Shown in pieces: positions 19,401-24,815 of a stretch of DNA of 24,815 nucleotides. The first letter of the stretch is position 1. Each line of letters starts with the position of its first letter. The notes beneath the pieces are model-generated. The model saw nothing but the letters and a program-made list of their open reading frames with translations. It ran no database searches and was not told the origin of the DNA. Source of the stretch: Micavibrio sp. Its GTDB lineage: Bacteria; Pseudomonadota; Alphaproteobacteria; Micavibrionales; Micavibrionaceae. A program made the position numbers and the translations under genes. The stretch lies in NCBI GenBank assembly GCA_027066695.1, contig JAMONE010000223.1, positions 1 to 24,815 of the forward strand, read 5' to 3'.

Positions 19401-19547
19401 GACCTCTTTCTTGCTGTTATTCAGGACAAGAAGGCCGCCAACCAGCATAACTATCATCGCCAGATTTGCGGCAACAGGATGCGAGGCCATCCATGCGATA
19501 GGGCCTGCTTTTATGTTCTTAAGCTCTTCTTGATCAGTCTCACTCAT
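16422..19547 (-). CDS. RND efflux permease (AcrB/AcrD/AcrF-like)
   Basis: 1041 aa with 12-TM architecture, YPGASPEEVE, TM4 GIVVDDAIIVGENI and TM11 RFRPIILTTLTT. Confidence 0.95.
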   Translation of the reverse strand: MSETDQEELKNIKAGPIAWMASHPVAANLAMIVMLVGGLLVLNNSKKEVFPEFDFDAVMIKMAYPGASPEEVEQSIILSIEKAVKGIDNVKKIQSSASENYGQVFVILHNDNEIMRISQDIKTAIDQISTFPINAEDLSVAVISDKQQVMEIILYGSVSDNVLRDTADNIQARLERSPDIGVVDLQGVRSHEIHIEVSQENLRRYGLSIPDISTIVSRTAIEIGGGSIKTSTGEILVRMDERRNYAAEFNDIPIIKNHNGATIYLDDIATITDGFDSSNKYAWFNNKPAITMIIRSASDQTPTGISNATKDILSEINSGLPGDLKIIVAKDESILFQQRAELLVKNGLLGLILVVMFLALFLDIRLAFWVAMGIPISYMGAFLLLPATDHFSINMVSMFAFIIALGIVVDDAIIVGENIYHKRTLGIKPLTASVEGAREMAIPVMVSVITNIVAFLPMLFMPGLMGKIFSIVPMIVISTFIISLIESLFILPAHLKFKQSKNIKNRPLLSIIKIQKSFNKKFDSFVQNKYLPFLHKSVSMRYISLSAFLCVLIIMGGYVAGGHLGIQIFPRVESDFAYAEVALKVGAPKHEVKAVETMLNNMAQKIIDDNGGQTLSFGIHSEINENIIKMRVFLTDINIRPISTKEFSDLWRKNTKQITGIKSIKFASDHGGPGGGAALTVELSHNNPEILEAAATSLAESLAEFPNTQDINDGSAQGKSQFDFSVTDLGYTLGLTPADIGQQVRGAFYGTQALKQQRGKNEIRVLVMSPEDERNSLYFVKNMMIKTPSGADVMLSDVVKRQDGRAYTTINRRDGQRVVTVETDVTPPSEANIIISAITNDTLPELQTLYPDLTYSFEGAQAEMRDSLQSLFSGMFMILFVMYAILAVLFSSYTQPLMIMIAIPFSMVGAVIGHFIMGFPMSIVSMFGIIALAGVVVNDSLILIDMSNKKRKEGMDNFTAITTAAAQRFRPIILTTLTTFLGLAPMMFETSRQARFLIPMAVSLGYGIVFATFLTLILIPSLYMINEDIKRVFNLKTKRNT

Positions 19548-20670
19548 TATTTTGCACTTTGACAGCCATGCTGTGAACTGGCGTTATAATATTGGATGTT
19601 ATTATTTTATCTTTTGCGTTCAGTCCTTTTGTAACATAGGCAAAGCGGCGGTCTTGGTAAGCAATTAAAATACGTTGAATGATAAGCTTTCCGTTTCTTT
19701 CTAGCCATATCATATTATCACCGCGAAGATAATTTACAGGGATGCGCGCAGTATTTTTTAAATTGCGCCCTACTAGAGTAGCATAAACATAATCACCAAG
19801 GATAAGCGGGGCATCACCTGATAGTGGGTTTTTAACAGATATAAGCATGCTTGCCATACGGTTGATTTTATTGAGTGATCCCGTAGGCTTTAATAAGATT
19901 CCCTCATATGTTCCTAAATTATTATTAAGCGATATGGTGGCTTTATCATTAGTTTTAAGCCACACCATATCTTGAGTAGGAATTTCAATTTCTACCCAAT
20001 ATTCATCATTATTAACTAATGTCGCAATGGTGTCTTGCGTGGTAATGATATTGCCTAAATCGGTGTTTCGCTGGGTTATTATGCCATTAAACGGAGCTTT
20101 GATTTTGGTGCGCTCTAAATTAAGTTTGGCTAAATCAAGCTGCGCTTTTGCGGAGTTAAGATTTGCTCTGGCTTGCTCCAATTGTGGTTTGCGCAGTGCT
20201 AGATCATTGCTTTTTAGCTTTCTGCCAGTGCTTTGCTCAATAATTTGTAGCTCGTTTCGTGCGATTTTTTGCTGACCAAGCTCTAGCTCTAATGCTGCGT
20301 TAGCTTGACGCATGGCAGCTTTTTTAATATTTACTTCAAGCTTATAATTAGATGGATCGATATGCAGAATTTCTGCGCCTGCTTTGAAAAATCCCCCTGG
20401 AATAAATTCGTCATCAACATGAATAATTTCACCATGTATTTGTGCCTTTAAATTAGCCGAGCGCGTAGGAATGACTTGCCCCATAACTTCGATTTTAACA
20501 GGATATGTACCTAATGTTACTGACATGGTTTTAACGTTAATCACAGTTTTTGAAAATTCGGTTTTTTTATCTTTATGCGCTGGATTTTTTACCAGATAAT
20601 ACGCGCCAAAACTTGCACCGCCCAATATAGCCATCACAATAAATATTTTGATTATGGTTGATTTATTCAT
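19540..20670 (-). CDS. RND membrane fusion protein (periplasmic adaptor)
   Basis: N-terminal TM anchor, lipoyl-like halves flanking a coiled-coil hairpin, and LERTKIKAPFNG. Overlaps the RND start by 8 nt (ATGAGTGA). Confidence 0.92.
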   Translation of the reverse strand: MNKSTIIKIFIVMAILGGASFGAYYLVKNPAHKDKKTEFSKTVINVKTMSVTLGTYPVKIEVMGQVIPTRSANLKAQIHGEIIHVDDEFIPGGFFKAGAEILHIDPSNYKLEVNIKKAAMRQANAALELELGQQKIARNELQIIEQSTGRKLKSNDLALRKPQLEQARANLNSAKAQLDLAKLNLERTKIKAPFNGIITQRNTDLGNIITTQDTIATLVNNDEYWVEIEIPTQDMVWLKTNDKATISLNNNLGTYEGILLKPTGSLNKINRMASMLISVKNPLSGDAPLILGDYVYATLVGRNLKNTARIPVNYLRGDNMIWLERNGKLIIQRILIAYQDRRFAYVTKGLNAKDKIITSNIITPVHSMAVKVQNNE

Positions 20671-20671
20671 A

Positions 20672-22036
20672 TTATTTAGCCCAATCCTTACCGCCTAATG
20701 CGCGGTATAACTCAATACGCAAATGCGCTTGCTTTAGTTCTTCCCTTGTAATGTCTTGCTCTAAAAACTGAGTGTTATTTAGGCTGTTTAAGACATTGAT
20801 ATAATCACTTTTCCCATTGTTATAGCTCATTTGTGCTTGTTCTAAAGTTTTTTTAGAGGCTGTAAATTGTTTTTGAAGGGCGGTTAGTTTTTGGTCTTGA
20901 TAAAGATTGCTTATAAGTGAGTTCTCTACCTCTATTACGGCATTTAAAACTACAGCGCGATAAGCGTGGTATCTCTCATCAGATAAGGCTTGGCGTTTTA
21001 CCTGCTCTGCTTTTCTACTGCCGCCATCGAATATTGGCGTGGCAATATTGGCCACCATATTGAGTATCCATGTGTTAAATAAGCTGTTAAGTGCAGCTCC
21101 GCTGGTGGTGTAGTTAGCAGATAAATTAAAGCTAGGCAGGCGGTTTGCCCATGCCTCTTTCACCGCCCAATCCGAGGATATAAGGCGTAGCCACGCGGCC
21201 ATAATATCAGGACGATTAGCGAGCAAATCAGACGCAAGCCCCGTATTAGGAATGGCTAGAGCTTGCGGCAGTGGCTTTTCGCTAATTTTAAATTCATTAT
21301 ATGGAGTGCTTCCAATCAAAAGTGAAATATTGTTAGCGGCTATTTTTTGTTTCGATAAAATATCGGGCAGACCAGCCTCTGACTGGGCGAGACGTTCTTC
21401 TTGTTGTAATATATCAAGGGCAGAGGATAAGCCCATTTCAAAGCGTTGTTCTTGTAATTCCAAAACTGTGTGATTAACATTAATCTGTTTTTGTAAGAGC
21501 CTTTCTTGCTCAATCAATGATAAAATCTCAAGCCAGTTTTGGGCAATAGCGGCACTTAAGCTAATCTTGGCGGCGGCAATATCGGCGGCACTGGCCTCGG
21601 ATAGAAGCTCAGCGGCATTTGCACCAGAAGTATTTTTATTCCAGAAATCAAGCTCATAGGCAGCCGCGCCCGCAAGTGTGAAATCAGACGGCAATATGCT
21701 ATCTCCCCTATATTCTTCGCGCGATGCGCTAATCGTTAGATTGGGAAGCAGAGCGGCTCTGCGTTGTTTTGTAAGAGCCTGTGCTTGTTTTAGGCGTGCG
21801 CGTATTTGGTTGATATCGGGGTTGTGAATAAATGCCTGATCCATTATCGCATTCAGCTCAAAATCATTATAAAGCAGCCACCATTTGCTGCTGGCTTTTA
21901 TCTCTGCATCAATTTGAGTTTTATATTCATGATTTAAATCAACAGGCTTTGAGATATCACGTACAGGAACGCTCATGCATCCTGATAAAGGAAAGATGAG
22001 TATAATCAGTGCCATATATGATTTTATTTTGATCAT
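20672..22036 (-). CDS. Outer membrane factor lipoprotein (NodT/OprM/TolC family)
   Basis: Lipobox LSGC, WW..YND..L...A...NPD, YELDFW, LLANRPDI, PIFDGG and ELYRALGG. One nucleotide separates its stop from the MFP ATG. Confidence 0.93.
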   Translation of the reverse strand: MIKIKSYMALIILIFPLSGCMSVPVRDISKPVDLNHEYKTQIDAEIKASSKWWLLYNDFELNAIMDQAFIHNPDINQIRARLKQAQALTKQRRAALLPNLTISASREEYRGDSILPSDFTLAGAAAYELDFWNKNTSGANAAELLSEASAADIAAAKISLSAAIAQNWLEILSLIEQERLLQKQINVNHTVLELQEQRFEMGLSSALDILQQEERLAQSEAGLPDILSKQKIAANNISLLIGSTPYNEFKISEKPLPQALAIPNTGLASDLLANRPDIMAAWLRLISSDWAVKEAWANRLPSFNLSANYTTSGAALNSLFNTWILNMVANIATPIFDGGSRKAEQVKRQALSDERYHAYRAVVLNAVIEVENSLISNLYQDQKLTALQKQFTASKKTLEQAQMSYNNGKSDYINVLNSLNNTQFLEQDITREELKQAHLRIELYRALGGKDWAK

Positions 22037-22103
22037 TATGTCTGTTCAATTTGTTTCATTTGTAAGTAATATATGTTGTAGCGTGTATCCAATTTAGTTT
22101 CTA

Positions 22104-22225
22104 TAGAAACCTCTGCAAAAGCATAGTTTTCTATAGATTTTTTATTTTACGCACGCTGCGCTGCGGGTTACAGTAAAGCTGTAGCCATAGAATGCCCTGC
22201 AAAACTTGTTTTGCAGGGCATTCTA
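22104..22225. mobile_element. MITE-like element of the TAGAA-N6-GCAAAA terminal repeat family
   Basis: Left end TAGAAACCTCTGCAAAAG versus right-end reverse complement TAGAATGCCCTGCAAAAC (14/18). Internal hairpin GGTTACAG-taaag-CTGTAGCC. Confidence 0.55.
22188..22225. repeat. Perfect 18-bp inverted repeat with a 2-nt loop
   Basis: TAGAATGCCCTGCAAAAC-TT-GTTTTGCAGGGCATTCTA. Confidence 0.95.
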
Positions 22226-22261
22226 CAGGAAAATAAAATTGTATAGATTTACGGCCTTGGC

Positions 22262-22289
22262 TTGTACTTATGCACAGCTGGTTTATCCT
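22262..22289 (+). promoter_or_regulatory. Candidate promoter for the OMF-like gene
   Basis: TTGTAC-N16-TATCCT, ending 31 nt before the ATG at 22321; same -10 hexamer as the 1393-1421 candidate. Confidence 0.35.
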
Positions 22290-22320
22290 TATTCTATCCG
22301 ATTCTAAAGAAAGAGAATAA

Positions 22321-23310
22321 ATGCTACAGCGTTTTGTTATTATTGCTGCGTGCTTTGTGTTGATGGGGTGTGTCAGCACAGCCATTGATAATTCAAGTGA
22401 TATTATGGTGGAGCAGCCTCAGCTTGATAGTAAAAGCTCGACCTTAGATGCGTGGTGGAATTTTTTTAATGATCCAGTGCTTGATAGCTTTGCCTCTGCG
22501 GCGGTGAAGTTAAGCCGAGGCAATCGAGATGATAATAATTTAATGATTTTGGATATTGTTCAAAAATATGTGCAATATCGATATATTCAAAACCAAGTGG
22601 TTATTATTGATGAGTATCTTAGTGATAAGAAAGACATTAATTTGATTAAAGAAAAAGTCGCACTTGAAAATAAAGGGGTGGAGCTTTCTTTTGAAATCGC
22701 GGCATTAACGAAATTATTGCCAGAATATGTTGCACAGCTATTAAGGGAAAAAGATCGTATTCCTTATTCTGATATAACCCCTATTTTAGCAAGCGATGCT
22801 TTTGTTCTTGCAAATGTTAGTGAAATTGCAAAAGCGCGGAGGTTATTTGTAAAAAATAGTGGCGGCGCTATTAGCTTTTCCGATACCAAAAGAATATTCC
22901 CTGATATGAGTGTTGGTCGCTTTTTGGGTGTTTCGAATGATGTGTATTTGAATAATAATTCAAAGTGGAGCGTTTCTATCGGTGCGGCGATAAAGAATCT
23001 TGATTTAGATGCGCTTGATGCTAATTATTCAAATAGCGTCATATATAAAGAATTCCTTGATGAAATATATGATGGAATAATCAATATAGAGCATAAAATT
23101 ATTTCTTACGCAAATATGCAAGAGCAATATATTGTCCTCAAAAAAGCATCTAATAAATACAGCAAGGAATGTATGGGCGATGCTGATATATGCGAGGAAG
23201 CTTATAGCGCAAAGCTTGCCGCTCTTCGCGCGGAATATAAGAGTAGTCAAATCTTGATAGGTATTTATAGGACTTTAGTTACAGGCTATTATTTTGAAAA
23301 CCATAGGTAA
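22321..23310 (+). CDS. Divergent, internally shortened OMF (OprM/NodT)-like lipoprotein
   Basis: Intact 329-aa ORF with lipobox LMGC and WWNFFNDPVLDS. Colinear degenerate OMF motifs follow (IVQKYVQYR, AALTKLL, FPDMSV, WSVSIG, IGIYRTL), but it is about 125 aa shorter than the neighbouring OMF. Confidence 0.7.
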   Translation: MLQRFVIIAACFVLMGCVSTAIDNSSDIMVEQPQLDSKSSTLDAWWNFFNDPVLDSFASAAVKLSRGNRDDNNLMILDIVQKYVQYRYIQNQVVIIDEYLSDKKDINLIKEKVALENKGVELSFEIAALTKLLPEYVAQLLREKDRIPYSDITPILASDAFVLANVSEIAKARRLFVKNSGGAISFSDTKRIFPDMSVGRFLGVSNDVYLNNNSKWSVSIGAAIKNLDLDALDANYSNSVIYKEFLDEIYDGIINIEHKIISYANMQEQYIVLKKASNKYSKECMGDADICEEAYSAKLAALRAEYKSSQILIGIYRTLVTGYYFENHR

Positions 23311-23453
23311 AATAACGGTATCCATATAAAGCTTAACGTTAGCGTCCCCTTCACTGTTTGGTAAGCTATCCATGCCCAAAACATGTTTTTTGCAGGCTTT
23401 TTAAAAAGCTTGCGGACATTAAATTTTCTTTTTTCTTCTTTTATATCGTTCAT
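23289..23453 (-). CDS. Small (54 aa) basic membrane protein
   Basis: Lys/Arg-rich N-half, then a hydrophobic aromatic segment FWAWIAYQTVKGTLTLSFIWIPLFYLW. A perfect TTGACA lies upstream. It overlaps the convergent OMF-like gene by 22 nt. Confidence 0.6.
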   Translation of the reverse strand: MNDIKEEKRKFNVRKLFKKPAKNMFWAWIAYQTVKGTLTLSFIWIPLFYLWFSK

Positions 23454-23473
23454 ACATGTTACCTTCGGGGGCA

Positions 23474-23504
23474 ATTAATCACATATATTAGAGATTAATG
23501 TCAA
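23474..23504 (-). promoter_or_regulatory. Candidate promoter/operator in the divergent region
   Basis: TTGACA on the minus strand (23499-23504); inverted repeat ATTAATC-N12-GATTAAT (23474-23499). The -10 box is weak. Confidence 0.4.
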
Positions 23505-23531
23505 GCCAATATAAATTGAGGGAGATATTTT

Positions 23532-24098
23532 ATGGTTAGTTTTAAATATTTAAATATATTACTTATATTAATTATGTTTATAGGAACGGTTGCGTGGCAA
23601 AATGCCGAAGCAGAGTTGTTTAATTCCAGAAATAAAAATGAACGCGAAGCTCAACCCTCATTGAGTAGCGATAAAGAAAAAATTCCCCCAGTTAAAAGTG
23701 AGGCGCTACCCAATGATGTTGCTGGTCATGTTGCTAATGTGACATCATATTGTGTAGGGAAGTGGGAAAGTGAAGCATGCCTTAAAGAGCTATCCTCTGT
23801 CAGTATGGATATGGCTGTTAATTTTGCGGAAAACCTTGATGCAAAAAAAGAACATGGCGCAATTGAGCTTATAAAACAACATTGCTCTGCTCCAACAGCG
23901 GCGTTAAAAATATCAGTTCCCGCATATGCAATGAAGAGTGCGATTACCGAATGTGTTAACAGCGTTGCAGATATTAATGAAGCAACATCAGTTAAGCCTG
24001 ATTTGAACTTATATCAGCTTTTGGTCGGCTCTGTTTTATGTTTGGACAAAGACCCTGCCTGCGCAGATATTGAGAAACAGTTATCTTCGACTAAATAA
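23532..24098 (+). CDS. Hypothetical secreted protein with six cysteines
   Basis: 188 aa with a Sec-type signal ending AEA, RBS GAGGGAG upstream and six Cys in the mature part. No family recognised. Confidence 0.75.
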   Translation: MVSFKYLNILLILIMFIGTVAWQNAEAELFNSRNKNEREAQPSLSSDKEKIPPVKSEALPNDVAGHVANVTSYCVGKWESEACLKELSSVSMDMAVNFAENLDAKKEHGAIELIKQHCSAPTAALKISVPAYAMKSAITECVNSVADINEATSVKPDLNLYQLLVGSVLCLDKDPACADIEKQLSSTK

Positions 24099-24198
24099 GC
24101 TATATAAACCTTGCGCAAAAGCGGGGAAAGTAAAATCAAACAGTGTCATTTCGAACGATTGCATAGCAAGAGGAGAAATCTTACCAATCTGTAACATG

Positions 24199-24361
24199 TA
24201 TAGAACCCTATGCAAAACTATAAAAACACACGAATAACTGGCATCCTCGTGAAAACGGGGATCTATCTAAGGTATTGATAACATTGGATCCCCATTTATA
24301 TGGGGATGCTATGGTTTAGGTTATTTGGATTTTTTTAATGGGTTTTGCAGAGCATTCTATA
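24199..24361. mobile_element. TAGAA-N6-GCAAAA-family MITE-like element, nested
   Basis: TATAGAACCCTATGCAAAAC versus right-end reverse complement TATAGAATGCTCTGCAAAAC (17/20). The right end matches the 22188 palindrome arm at 17/18. Confidence 0.75.
24239..24311. repeat. TAGCATC-family REP-like doublet (copy 2), innermost
   Basis: TGGCATCCTCGTGAAAACGGGGATC, a 23-nt spacer, then an inverted copy (reverse complement TAGCATCCCCATATAAATGGGGATC). The left arm matches 5726-5750 at 23/25. Confidence 0.87.
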
Positions 24362-24421
24362 AGATCTCTCAACTAGCGCGTTCGAGATGACAGTTTTTGT
24401 CATATTCTTAATTCAAATTAC

Positions 24422-24814
24422 TTAATTTATACTGGCTGCTTTAATCTCTTCAAGCTCTAACCAGCGAAGCTCTGCGGTGTCCAGCTCTTCTTTGGCTTTG
24501 GGAAGGCGTTTGGATATGCGGGTAAACTCATCGGCATCTTTAGTGTAGAGGTCAGGATCACTCATCAGCCCTTCGAGCTTAGTAATTTCTGCTTCAAGAA
24601 GTTTTATTGCTTTAGAGAGCTTTTCTAATTCATGTTTAAGCTTGAACGTAAATTGAGGCAGCTCTTTTTTAACTTGGGGCTTTTCCGATTTTGATTTCTT
24701 TTTCTTGCTTTCAGGAGTATCGGATTTCTGCGATTTTTTAAATGCCATGTAATCTGAATAGCCGCCAACAATGCCCTCAACTTTTGCATCACCTTCGAAT
24801 GCCAGAGTTTTGGT
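24422..24814 (-). CDS. uup: ABC-F ATP-binding protein, Uup-type, 3' part only
   Basis: The frame stays open to the window end and reads TKTLAFEGDAKVEGIVGGYSDY. It continues into the C-terminal coiled-coil ...ELEKLSKAIKLLEAEI...DPDLY...RWLELEE, typical of Uup-like ABC-Fs. Confidence 0.8.
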   Translation of the reverse strand, partial: TKTLAFEGDAKVEGIVGGYSDYMAFKKSQKSDTPESKKKKSKSEKPQVKKELPQFTFKLKHELEKLSKAIKLLEAEITKLEGLMSDPDLYTKDADEFTRISKRLPKAKEELDTAELRWLELEEIKAASIN

Positions 24815-24815
24815 G

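Larger units (their letters stand above)
24144..24392. repeat. TGTCA...TGACA-family REP-like element (copy 3), interrupted by nested elements
   Basis: Left arm TGTCATTTCGAACG...GAGAAATCTT versus right-arm reverse complement TGTCATCTCGAACG...GAGAGATCTT; the first 14 nt match 13/14. Confidence 0.82.

Noticed and set aside
1364-22304. GANTC (CcrM) sites in five intergenic regions (1364, 4713, 9207, 15518, 22300)
   Set aside because: About five sites in roughly 1.5 kb of intergenic DNA is close to naive expectation. Enrichment cannot be claimed without a genome-wide count.
22131-22385. 84-aa minus-strand ORF across the repeat-rich divergent region
   Set aside because: It overlaps the OMF-like gene start and the palindromes and has no motif or RBS, so it is most likely a chance open frame.
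5726-24311. Hairpin repeats of about 25 nt with a short spacer as a possible mini-CRISPR
   Set aside because: The copies are inverted pairs dispersed 18 kb apart, not direct repeats with regular spacers, and there are no cas genes.
1-24815. tRNA, rRNA, tmRNA, riboswitch, transposase, integrase or defence genes
   Set aside because: No recognisable signatures found by eye. An Infernal/Rfam and tRNAscan run would be needed to exclude small RNAs formally.

Overview
Chromosomal window from an alphaproteobacterium, inferred from protein motifs and gene order; a Rhodospirillales/Micavibrio-like lineage is a guess. Most of it is housekeeping. On the minus strand lie a MurC-like ligase (partial), a lipoprotein, clpB, a DUF4167 protein, prmC, prfA, rodZ and lysC. 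ubiG is divergent from lysC, and pyrH-frr-uppS-cdsA-dxr-rseP follows on the minus strand. The right third is accessory-looking: an OMF-MFP-RND efflux operon ending in an abutting MTA phosphorylase gene, a divergent internally deleted OMF-like lipoprotein, a 54-aa membrane peptide, a six-Cys secreted protein and the 3' end of a Uup-type ABC-F gene. I found no rRNA, tRNA, CRISPR array or transposase. The least explained signal is non-coding. Most long intergenic spaces hold short palindromic REP/MITE-like elements of at least four families, and at 24144-24392 three of them are nested like Russian dolls. I cannot claim a new multi-gene system. The best candidates for novelty are the nested repeat architecture, the shortened 'half-barrel' OMF and the RND-MTAP coupling. 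All family assignments come from motif recognition by eye; no database search was run.
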